Source of the DNA: Phyllobates terribilis
Lineage: Eukaryota
Length of the DNA: 64,000 bases
NCBI RefSeq assembly: GCF_046119375.1
Contig: NW_027362761.1
Location: forward strand, 304,854,001-304,918,000
Direction: 5' to 3'
Position numbers and translations under genes: made by a program. The notes beneath the pieces are model-generated. The model had not been told where the DNA came from and did not search any database. It saw nothing but the letters and a program-made list of their open reading frames with translations. Positions 23,074-34,981 of the stretch are shown here, piece after piece (position 1 is the stretch's first letter; every line of letters begins with the position of its first letter).

Positions 23074-24949
23074 AAGATGAGCCGGCAAAAGATACAGTGA
23101 AGGAGCAGTCAGAGAGATAGGAGGAGAACCAGGAGAGAACGGTTTCCTTGAGGCCTACAAAGCGGAGCAGAGTGAGGAGGTGCTGGTGATCCACAGTGTC
23201 AAATGCGGCAGAGAGATCCAGGAGAATCAGTAGGGAGCAGTGACCTTTGGATTTAGCTGTTAGTAGATCATTAGAGACTTTAGTGAGGGTAGTTTCAGTG
23301 GAGTGTAAAGAGCGGAAACCAGATTGTAGAGGGTTGAGAAGAGTGTTATCTGAGAGATAGCGGATTAGACCAAGCATTCCAGGAGTTTAGAGATGAAAGG
23401 AAGATTAGAGAGGTCTGTAGTTAGCAGTGCAGTTCTGGTCCAGGGATGGCTTTTTAAGTAAAGGTGTTATGATGCCATGTTTAAATGAGGAGGGAAAGAT
23501 ACCTGAAGAAAGAGAGGGGTTAAATATTTTAGTCAGGTGAGTGGTGACCACTGGTGAGAGAGACTGCAGGAGATGTGAGGGAATTGGGTCACTGTTGTAG
23601 GCCCAGAAGAAGTGAGGAGCTGGGTAACTTCTTCTGTAACAGGCTCAAAAATGGCTAGTGAGCTTGAAGTGCGGCAGGGAAGGGCATCCAGGCACTGGGG
23701 AGATTGGGCTAAGATTTCCTGATGGATGCGGATGATTTTTTTCTAGGAAATAAGTGGCCAGATCCTCACCGCTGAGGTTGGTGATGGGGGCCTGTGTTTT
23801 AGGGCTCAGGAGGGAGTTTAAGGTTTCAAAAAGTCGTTTTGGATTGTTGGATAGTGAAGTAATGAGGGTGGTGAAGTAGGATTGTTTGGCCAGATGAAGG
23901 GCTGAGTTATAGGTTTTGAGCATAAGCTTACAGTGGATGAAATCCTCTGCTAAAAGAGATTTTCTCCACTGACTCTCTGCACACCTTGAGCAACGCTGAA
24001 GAAAATGTGTTTGCATTGTGTGCCAGGGCTGCCGTTGTCTGTGTAGGGTCTTTCTGCTTGTAGAAGGTGCCGATTCATCTAGGGCACTCTTCAGTGTATT
24101 ATTGTAGTGTAACAATGCTAAGTGTGGACATGAGAGGAAGGAGATGGGGCTAAAGATGTGTGGAGATTGTCCATAAGCTGCTGGGTATTAATGGTACATG
24201 TATTCCTAGAAGTATGATAAGTGGGGGTGTCTCGGGTGAGGAGACAATTCTTGACAGAGAAGGAAAGAAGGTTGTGGACCGAGAGCGGGAGTGGGGAGTT
24301 AGTAAAGTCATGCAGCGAGCAGAGACGGAAGAAAATCAGGTCCAGAGTATTTCCGTCTTCATGCGTAGGAGAATTAGTAAACTGTGAGAGGCTGAATGAG
24401 GAGGTTAGAGAAAGTAGATGAGAGGCAGATTGGGAGAGGGGATCATCGATGGGGATGTTAAAGTCTCCCATGATGAGGGTGGGGATGTCACAGGATAGAA
24501 ACTGAGGAAGCCAGGTGGCAAAGTCATCCAGGACCTGGCGGTAGGAGCCTGAAGGGTGACACACAACCGCCACTTGCATGGAGAAGGGTTTAAAGAATCT
24601 GACAGTGTGTACTTCAAGAGGAAGGAAACATAAGTGAGGGAACCGGGGGAGGGGGGGGGGGGGTGACCTGGAAAGAACATTGTGATGAAAGGAGTAAACG
24701 AACACCTCTACCTGTCTGTTCTCAGGTCTGGCGGTATGTGAAAATTTCAGCCCACCAAACGAGAGAGCAGCAGCAGCGGTGTCTGACTGCTGGATCCAGG
24801 TTTCTGTAATAGCCAGAAGCTTAAGGGGATAAGAGAGGAAAAAATTGTGACTGTAAGTTAGTTTGTTACAAACAGACAGTTCCAGAGAGCACAATGGAAA
24901 GCGATAGGAGAGGGCATGCACTGAATGTTAATAAGATTATCAGGGTTTC
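23074..24949 (-). mobile_element. L2 LINE, middle segment (APE endonuclease to RT N-terminus)
   Basis: [51 protein letters not shown]. Confidence 0.9.
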
Positions 24950-24951
24950 TA

Positions 24952-26630
24952 CAACCCCTGGCAAAAATTATGCAATCACCGGTTTCGGAGGATGTTCATT
25001 CAGTTGTTTAATGTTGTTGAAAAAAAGCAGATCACAGACATGACACAAAACTAAAGTCATTTCAAATGGCAACTTTAGGGCTTTAAGAAACACTAAAAGA
25101 AATCAAGATAAAAAATGTGGTACTCAGTAAGGGTCATTTTTTTCAGACCAAGCAGAGGGAAAAAAATTATGGAATCACTCAATTCTGAGGAAAAAATTAT
25201 GGAATCACCCTGTAAATTTTCATTTCCAAAACTAACACCTGCATCAAATTAGATCTGCTCGTTAGTCTGCATCTAAAAAGGAGTGATCACACCTTAGAGA
25301 GCTGTTGCACCAAGTGGACTGACATGAATCATGGCTCAAACACAAGAGATGTCAATTGAAACAAAGGATAGGATTATCAAACTCTTAAAAGAAGGTAAAT
25401 CATCACGCAATGTTGCAAAAGATGTTGGTTGTTCACAGTTAGCTGTGTCTAAAATCTGGACCAAATACAAACAACATGGGAAGGTTGTTAAAGGCAAACA
25501 TACTGGTAGACCAAGGAAGACCTCAAAGCGTCAAGACCGGAAACTTAAAGCAATAGGTCTCCAAAACAGGAAATGCACAACAAAACAAATGAGGAACGAA
25601 TGGGAGGAAACTGGAGTCAATGTCTGTGACCGAACTGTAAGAAACCGCTTAAAGGAAATGGGATTTACATACAGAAAAGCTAAACATAAGCCATCATTAA
25701 CACCTAAACAGAAAAAAACAAGGTTACAATGGGCTAAGGAAAAGCAATCGTAGACTGTGGATGACTGGATGAAAGTCATATTCAGTGATGAATCGCAAAT
25801 CTGCATTGGGCAAGGTGATGATGCTGGAACTTTTGTTTGGTGCCGTTCCAATGAGATTTATAAAGATGACTGCATGAAGAAAACATGCAAATTTCCACAG
25901 TCATTGATGATATGGGGTTGCAGGTCAGGTAAAGGCACTGGGGAGATGGCTGTCATTACATCTTCAATAAATGCCTAAGTTTACATTGATATTTTGGACA
26001 GTTTTCTTATCCCATCAATTGAAAGGATGTTTGGGGAGGATGACCTCATTTTTCAAGATGATAGTGCATCCTGCCATAGAGCAAAAACTGTGAAAACATT
26101 CCTTGAAAGAAGACACATAAGGTCAATGTCATGGCCTGCAAATAGTCCGGATCTCAATAAAATTGGAAATCTTTGGTGGAAGTTGAAGAAAATGGTCCAT
26201 GACAAGGCTCCAACCTGCAACAGCAATCAGAGAAAGTTGGAGCCAGATTGACGAAGAGTACTGTTTGTCACTCATTAAGTCCATGCCTTAGAGACTGCAA
26301 GCTGTTATTAAAGCCAGAGGTGGTGCAACAAAATACTAGTGATGTATTGGATTGTTCTTTTGTGTTTGTTTTTCATGATTCCATAATTTTTTCCTCAGAA
26401 TTGAGCGATTCCATAATTTTTTCCCTCCGCTTGGTCTGAAAAAAATTACCCTTACTGAGTACCACATTTTTAATCTTGATTTCTTTTAGTATTTCTTAAA
26501 GCCCTAAAGTTGCCATTTGAAATGACTTTAGTTTTGCGCCATGTCTGTGATCAGCTTTTTTTCAACAACATTAAACAACTGAATGAATATCCTCCGAGCC
26601 CGGTGATTCCATAATTTTTGCCAGGGGTTG
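24952..26630 (+). mobile_element. Full-length Tc1 with long IR/DR-type TIRs, inserted into the L2
   Basis: TA|CAACCCCTGGCAAAAATTATG ... CATAATTTTTGCCAGGGGTTG|TA; about 250-bp TIRs with repeated AAAATTATGGAATCAC; disrupted transposase from 25331 (IFSDE, FQDD, SPDLN). Confidence 0.95.
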
Positions 26631-26632
26631 TA

Positions 26633-27027
26633 TATGCAGCTGGAGTAGAGTAATGTATGGTAGTGGAGGAAGGCCCAGGGTTGGGGGAGATGTCGCCTGC
26701 GTCTAGTAAAAGGAGAAAAAAGAGCAGGTGGTGCAATGATATGTATGAACATTTTGAGTGCTGTATGGAGTTAGTGGATGGTTTGGAATGGGTGGAAAAT
26801 GTCAGTAGAGCCTCAGAGTTATACATGGGAGAGAGGAGAAGGGAGGGGTGGATATGGAGAGAGTGCACAGAATGAGTTAAAGGGCGGGCGAGTTGTGAGA
26901 AAACAGCAGTTAAAACAAATAAGCAGAGTGATATGACCAATACATGATGCAATACAACTGACCAAGAAACATGTTTGTATGAATGTCTTATGCACCTTAC
27001 CTGTCTCCTGCCCTGTCTAACTGCCAT
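26633..27027 (-). mobile_element. L2 LINE, 5' segment of ORF2 with a 2A-like motif
   Basis: ...LHHLLFFLLLLDAGDISPNPGP...; removing the Tc1 and one TA restores the frame into YRNPDNLINIQCMPSP..CALWN. Confidence 0.85.
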
Positions 27028-27899
27028 TGTATAACTGCACGTGTGCTATCCCTAGCCAGAGCTGAATATGTATGAAATGAAATGTATGCTAGAATCAAGC
27101 ACCAGTTGGCCACACTGAGTAATTAGCCAATTAGCACAAGGCCATAGTAGGCATTACTACGCAGGATAAACAAACCAACGTACAACAGAGGGCCATAGAA
27201 TAGTGAAATAGATAGCTTTGAACACTTTAAAACAGAAACAAAAAAACAAACAGGAGCAATGAATTAAATACCATGTAAAAAATCTTGCTAGATAATGACT
27301 CTGTTCACACTTAGCACAAAAACAAATGGATGAATTAAATACCTGTGTGAAGGAGAGGAGAGAAGAGTATCAGCTTCATGCCATTGTATAACTGCACTTT
27401 AAACTATTGCACGTGTGACCCCGCACGTGTGCCATCCCTAGCCAGAGCTGAATATACTGTATATGAGATGTGCAAGTTACACCAAAGGGTATAGTTATAT
27501 TAAGTTCACTTAAATAGTGAGGTAAGTTAGTGGTGTCAAATGACCCATGCCAAACACTTTAAGCAGCAGGAGTGTCTAAGAATATATTACTATCATACAC
27601 AAGTCATAAAAAAAACACTTCTGACTTGGGGGGGGGGGGGGGAGTCAGTGACATCACCCGAGGAGGAGACAACGTGCAGCCGGAGTCCGGGAGACCGAGA
27701 CGTAGTGAGGGCAATAGCCTGAGTTTGGAGAGCATAAACCCACATGGTTGCCTAGGTGAGCGGGGACGCCATAGTTCGGAACTTAGCTATATATTCCCTG
27801 TATCCTTCCCCTGAGAACGGGCAAAATAGTTCCGGGGAGGGGATGGTACTGCACAAGACTATATGTGGTTTGAGAGAACATAAGATTACTATTCCTTTA

Positions 27900-29411
27900 A
27901 ACAATTCTAGACTGTCCATATGATGATGTAATGTGTTTGGAAGCTTCTGATAGTTTTTTTGGCAACATCTGAGTTAATTAGAGACACCTGTGGATGTATT
28001 TAAATGCACACCTGAAACACACTGCTTCTTTGTGTAGCATCATGGGAAAGTCTAAAGAAATCAGCCAATATATCAGGAAGAGAATTGTGGACTTGCACAA
28101 GTCTGGCTCATCCTTGGGTACAATTTCAAGATATCTGAAGGTGCCTCGTTCATCTGTACAAACAATTATATGCAAGTACAAATAAGATGGGAATGTCCAG
28201 CAATCATACCGCTCAGGAAGGAGACGGGTTATGTGTCCCAGAGATGAACGTGCTTTGCTCTGACATGTGCATATCAACCCAAGGACAAAAGCAAAAGACC
28301 TTGTGAAGATGATGGCGGAAGCTGGTAAGAATGTGTCAATAACCACAGTGAAACGAGTACTGTATCAACATGGGCTGAAAGGCCACTCTGCCACGAAGAA
28401 GCCATTACTCCAAAAGAAACATAAAAAAGCGAGATTAATGTTTGCAAATGCGCACAGGAACAAAGACCTTCATTTTTGGAGACATGTCCTGTGGTCTGAT
28501 GAAACTAAAATTTTACTTTTTGGGCATAATGACCATCGTTACATTTGGAGGAAAAAGGGAGAAGCTTGGAAGCCTAAGAACACCATCCCAACTGTGAAAC
28601 ACAGGGATGGCAGCATTATGTTGTGGGGTTGTTTTGCTGCAGGAGGGACTGGTGCACTTCACAAAATAGATGGCATCATGAGAAAAGAAGATTATGTGGC
28701 AATACTGAAGCAACATCTCAAGACATCAGCCAGGAAGTTAAAGCTTGGGCGGAAATGGGTCTTCCAAATGGACAATCTCCCGAAGCAAACTGCCAAAATG
28801 GTAACAAGGTGGCTGAAGGATAACAAAGTCAATGTTTTTGGGTGGCCATCAGTTCTATTGAAAATTTATGAGCAAAGCTGAAAAGGCAGGTGCGAGCAAG
28901 ACGACCTACAAACCTGGATCAGTTACATCAGTTTTGTCAGGAGGAATGGGCCCAAACTCTGACCAACTATTGTGAGAAGCTTGTGGAAGGATATCCCAAA
29001 CGTTTGACCCAAGTCATTGAGTTTAAGGGCAATGGTACCAAATACTAATGAAATGTATGTAAACTTTTGACTTTGCAGTAAGTAATAAAAATGCCTTAAA
29101 CATTCTCTCTCTCTCATTATTCTGGCATTTGGCAAATATTACAAAATCTGGTAATTCTAATTGACCTAAAACGGGAAAGGTTTATTCTGATTTCATGTCA
29201 GATATTGAGAAAAACATGCATATGTGTATCTTTATACAGTGTATTATTTATTATAACACCATTTATTCCATGGCGCTTTACATGTGAAAAAGGGGTATAC
29301 ATAGTGAAAACAATTACAATAACCTTGAACAAAACGTGACGGCGACTGGTACAGGAGGAGCGAGGACCCTGCCCACAAGGGTTAGTGTATGTAAACATCT
29401 GGTTTCAACTG
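27900..29411 (+). mobile_element. Sleeping Beauty-like Tc1 (defective; left TIR largely missing)
   Basis: MGKSKEISQYIRKRIVDLHKSGSSLGTISRYLKVPRSSVQTI from 28042; VLWSDE, FQMDN; right end TGGTTTCAACTG|TA with TGTATGTAAAC direct repeats; a LINE/SINE-tail fragment at about 29242-29380 lies inside the right IR. Confidence 0.88.
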
Positions 29412-30139
29412 TATATAGTGGTGTGAAAAAGTGACTGCAGTTCATGAATTATAGATAAACTTGACTGAATTACTGTTGCTAACACTTACACTGGTAGACG
29501 TAGTGCTGCTAAGACCGATCTATCACATAGCCACCCCAACAAGTTTCACCACAAGGGCTTCCGCAGGGGGTTGGGGCTATATATGTTTGCTTAATGAATA
29601 AGATAGATCGAATTGATCATAAATAAGATAGAGGAAACACGGTCACACTAGTATGCGTTTAATTCATTTACCACATACTCTTTTAAAAAGCATGAAATAA
29701 AAGTCATGTTTTAACGCATCCCTAAATTAGGGTTTATTTACCCCCAGGGTAATATGGTAATTGTAATATGGTATCCCTATAGGGGTGTGTACACCTTTTG
29801 TCTGATTTGGCTAGGGAAATTGAGCTTAGCTGCCCAAAGATGTGATAAACCATAGTTAATTTATGTTTTATGCAGAATGGGGAGGGGCGGTCCAAATCTT
29901 GCACTGGAGCCCATCATACTCTACTCTAGTTACGCCACTGTCTTTAAGTAGAGTAGAGTAGCAGCAGCGGTTCGAGCAGTCAGTATGCTTTTGTCTCATT
30001 TTATTCTGCATGCTGGGGGATTTCAAAAGGGGCTTTCCTAGTAGTGTGTACATAAGAGACCTATCAATCACTGGCAGGGAAGATATAGTCAGGGGCAAAG
30101 TCATCTCCTTTCCAGCTATTATTCCTGACTGGATCTTTA

Positions 30140-31002
30140 GGCTGTGTGCCCACGATGTGTTTTTCAAGCGTTTACGCTGCAGAATTTCAGCAGCGGAAAC
30201 GCTTGTTAAACCTTCCCCCATGGTCTCCAATGCAATTCCGCACTTTCAATGCCCATGGTGCGTATTTTTCCAAAGCGTTTATGCTGCGCTCAAAAATACG
30301 CAGCATGTCCATTAATTTTGCGGACACGCAGCGAAATCGCCGCCATTGACTTGCATTAGAACGCGCCACTTCCGCAAGACTGCATCTGTACTTGCGTAAT
30401 TGGCGCGTTCTAATGTGCGGATGGTACCCAAGTCTGGAGGAGAGGGGACTCTCCTCCAGACCTGGGTACCACAGAATCTGTAAAAAAAAGAATTTAAAAT
30501 AAAAAGTAAAGTTTATACTCACCTTCCGATGTCCTCCCGGTGTTTTGTCCACAACTTCCGGTCTCTTGCAATGCTCGCGCTGTTGTGAAGGACCTGCCAT
30601 AACGTCACTGAGTCATGTGACCCATCACATGACTCAATGATGTCACCGCAGGTTCTTCACACCACTGCGAGCATTGCAAGAGACCGGACGCAGAGGAGAT
30701 AACACCGGGAGGACACCAGAAGGTGAGTATAATCTTTTTTTTTTTTTTTTTTTAACTATTACTTGGTCACACATTATAAATCCATGCTGTTTGCATGGAT
30801 TTATATTGTGTGACCAACTTGTCAAGCACTTTCCAAGTGATGCTCAAAATCGCTTGGAAAACTGCTTGAAAAAACGCATGCGAAAACGCATGTAAAAAAC
30901 GCTTCTCTCTGGCAGAAAAAACGTGTGTAAATCTGCATGCGTTTTTTTCTGCCAGAGAGGCAAAAACGCTCTGCATCAAATCTGCTACGTGGGCACATAG
31001 CC
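30140..31002. mobile_element. Long Harbinger-like MITE
   Basis: TTA|GGCTGTGTGCCCAC ... GTGGGCACATAGCC|TTA. Confidence 0.85.
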
Positions 31003-32243
31003 TTAAAGCTTATTCTCTCTAAAACACTGGAACGTCAGAAAAAAAATATACCTGACTGCAATAGGGCAGCCAGGATCTGATTCATGCCCCCTGGGATTTG
31101 GGCAGCATAAATTAGCTAACAGGTTCCCTTTAAAGCATTTATCACTAATCTCTAGTGTTGTGTATAAGCCCCCTAAATTTGTTGCTATTAGTTACCATCT
31201 AAATGTGGTTTTTGTCTCTATAATACAAACAAAACATGCCCTATCCACTGAAGGATGAGGCCCTGAATTTAGCAGAGCTCATTCATGCATTCTTCTTTCC
31301 ATTCATTTCTATGGGAGTTCCAAAAATAAGAGTAAAAAAAGTGATGGCTTTTCTAAATGAAGAGGAAAAGGCTTAATTGTCTCCATGTTTAGGGTGCAGT
31401 ATGTTTTACTCAAATTTTGCTATATCTATTATTTTAGGAATGCACAAGCTGTGATCTTGACGTGTTTTTACTCTCACATGTAATACCTAAATGTTTCCTA
31501 TAAATAGTACTAAGAGAAGCGGCGCTATAGTAATAAATAAAACATTTGTGCTATATGTTGTCTGTTCCATTATAGGAAAAGACAAACTAAAGTAACTGTA
31601 GTGATGAAACTCACAATGGACTCTGTTCATGGGCTGGACGTCTGTCACTGATCATTTTAACATCAGTCCAGATATTTCAACACGCTGCTCTTTGCAGGAT
31701 GGAAACCCCAGTCTACCTTCTCACGATGAGCTTTTGTTATGTTTTTGATGTTGCAGATTTTCTGCACCCATTCAGTAAAATAGGTTACTTGCATTTTTTA
31801 ATAAATATACAGCGTCAAATACTCAAAAACTCATCGTGTGAATGTAGCCTAACCTTACATAGAAATTTAACTTTACATCACATTCAAAGAAACAGTTTAA
31901 TGTATTAAAGAAGCACTCCTCCAATCAAAATTGTTACCCTCTTGATTGAAATACATTATCATATTATTCAGCACTGTGTATTTACAATTGCTCATTTTAC
32001 CTTGCTACCCAGATAATTCTTCCTATTTCTACATAGAGCACAGAAAAGAGTGGTCTCTTCCCTTATCATTTATTTCCCTCTTCAACTCCTGACCCAGCTG
32101 CTCCTTCCCCTGCCAGGGACTTTTGCAGTGACTTATGACTCATACAGGGAAAATGGTCTCTGTTTCTACATAGAGCTTAGGACTCGCCTGCTCAGTTTTT
32201 AATCACATGATGTCATGATTCTTCTGTTTTCCATTAAGTCTAA

Positions 32244-32856
32244 AGGCCCCATCACACTTAGCGACGCTGCAACGATCCCGACAACGATACGACCTGTCAG
32301 GGATCGTTGCTGCGTCGCTATGTGGTCGCTGGTGAGCTGTCAAACAGGCAGGCTCACCAACGATCAGGGGAGCAGCGACATCGTGGAAAGAATCTTTCCA
32401 CGATGTCCTGCTCCTGGTTACCAGCCTGCTGAAGCAGGAGCAGGCTGGTAACCATGATAAACATCGGGTTACTAGGGGCACACGCGCACCTAGTAACCCG
32501 CTGTTTATCATGGTTACCACTCTGCTACGGTGAGCGGGAGGTTACCGCTCACTTTAGCAGGCTCGTAACCATGATAAACAGCGGGTTACTAAGTGCGCGT
32601 GTGCCCCTAGTAACCCGATGTTTACCATAGTTACCAGCCTGATCGCTGCTCCCGCTGGTCACACACAGCGATGTGTGCGGACCAGCGGGAGGGCAACAAC
32701 CAAAAAAAGGTCCAGGACATTCTGCAGCGATCAGCGACCTCACAGCAGGGGCCTGATCGCTGCAAAGTGTCACACATAGCGACATCGCTGGTGAGGTCGC
32801 TGTTGCGTCACCAAAACCGTGACACAGCAGCGATCTCGCTATGTGAGACGGGGGCT
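32244..32856. mobile_element. Palindromic Harbinger-like MITE (a different family)
   Basis: TAA|AGGCCCCATCACAC ... GTGAGACGGGGGCT|TAA; two internal hairpins CCATGATAAACA..TGTTTA(T/C)CAT(G/A)G. Confidence 0.75.
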
Positions 32857-34981
32857 TAACTACCTGGGTAGCGGGAGAAAATGAGCGATTGTAAGTACAC
32901 AGTGCTATATAATATAATGATTGCAATATAGTAAGAGAATAAAAATTTTGATGCGAGTGCGCCTTAAAGCGTACATGGGTGTAATGTACCAAACTACACA
33001 AGGAGAGCACCTGTAAACATGTGTTATATAAGTTATGGCCACTAGGGGGCAAGCTAAAAATATTCCAATACACAGCGCTTGACTATGTTTTCAGTATCTT
33101 CATATGTGGTTGATTCAACAAACGTTAGTGTTGGCAAGGTGGCTGCATTCACTGTTATGCCCATGGTGCTTTTTACATTTTTAAAACAAAAAAACACAAT
33201 TTTCAAATGGAATGGCAAAACCATTGCATTTTTTTTTTTGTTGCAATAGCGACAAAACTGCTGCACGGTAGCAACATGTGAACACAGCCAAACAAGGATT
33301 CATTGAGATCTTATTACGCAGATTAAAATGCAATATATATGTGAAGGAAAGGGCCCTTGTGTCTGCAAAGTAATCCTAGCTACAAGTTATGTTATTATAA
33401 TCCTTCAGGATCAGACTGATGTGGCAACATTCAGCTATAGTGGAGCTTGAAAAAAAGAATGAAACGTGATCATCTCATTATCGAGGCATATGCAGAAAAT
33501 CGTCCTGAAAGTAACATTTTCTGAATTGTTAGATGACTGTGTTACAGCTTTAGCCTAAGGATGTCTATATATGCACATAGTGAAAATCCACAAACCTTAA
33601 ACTTATGCACAAGACTATTCTAGATCAGTAATACAGCACTTATTGTCTGCTCTGGGACAGTTCTGTATATCTGCGTGCCTCAGATAGATAGATATCTCTA
33701 TATATCTATCTCTATCTCTCTTGAGGCTGGTAGTGTAACTTTTTGCCCATGTGCTTTATTGCAAAAATTTAAATCGGGGCCCCCAACAATAATGGGGTCT
33801 TTAATAGTATGGATATACTCATATGGGCCAAAGGGACCTTTTGGGCCTAAATCTGGTTTTCCCCCAGGTGCAACTATAACCCCTGCTCCTACTCTACTCT
33901 AGTTGCACTCCTGCTTGAGGCAGTGTTGTTTTGACATGCAGCATCACAAATCATATTACAGGTATTCTTCCTGTATATAGGCATTATACAGCAGCAAATA
34001 TATGGCCATATAAATGGATTACAGATCTAATACAACACTAATGGGCCCATTATGTACCTCAAGGACACAATTTAAATAGAATGTAAAAAAATTACCTCCA
34101 CAGTGGTGGAGTGGGGTCACAGGAGGCAGGGTCGTCTCTGCAGGATTCCGGTGGCGGCAAGAGCGAGACGATGGAGCGGGCCCTTGGGTGTCCCGGTGGT
34201 GCAGGCAGAAGTGGAGTTCCTGTTCTGCACATTGCTCTCCCGACAGTGGGCTTCAGGAAAGTAGGCCGACACAGGCGGCGCATGTGCAGTTTGAGCCACA
34301 ATACTGTATAGGGCTTTGCGGGGCCAAACTTTTAAATACACCTTCTAACCTACTAGTTATCCATCTATCCCCACCCCCATCCTCTCCTTTGATTGACAGC
34401 TCTGGCTTCAAAGAGGCAGAGAAAGGAAGAGAAGGAAAACAAGCAGTTGGGAAGGTATATATAAATGATTGGTCCTGAAACGCCTGTACCAAACGCCTGT
34501 ACTTGGTTTGAACAGTCTTTGTGTGCTGGCGGAGTCCCTTTAATCACCCCTTCCATGCTGCTATAACATTAAAGGGATTCTGTCAGCACAAAATGACTTA
34601 ACAGATTGGCCTCTGAGCGCCTGTACTTTGGTAGTAGGACTATAAAATCGCTGTTTCTGGGTAACAGGGCCAAGAGAGTCATCCCTGAGTAGTAGGTCTC
34701 AGAGCTGTGCCTGGGCAGTAGGTCTCAGAGAGCTGTCACTGAATAATAGAGCTAAGAGCGCCATCACTGAGTAGTATACCTAAGAGCGCTGCCCCTTGAA
34801 TTTTGAGCTCCAGCGCACTCCTCTGCAGGCCACATAAAATGTCGTGGTAGACGGGATTTGGCTTGCGGGCCTTGAGTTTGACATCGGTGCCTTAGAAAAC
34901 TGTCAGCTTGAGTATTCAGGTGTTCTCTATGCGGAGAGCCATCTGGCAGTGGATTATCTGCCTGCAGAACAAAGGAATGGG

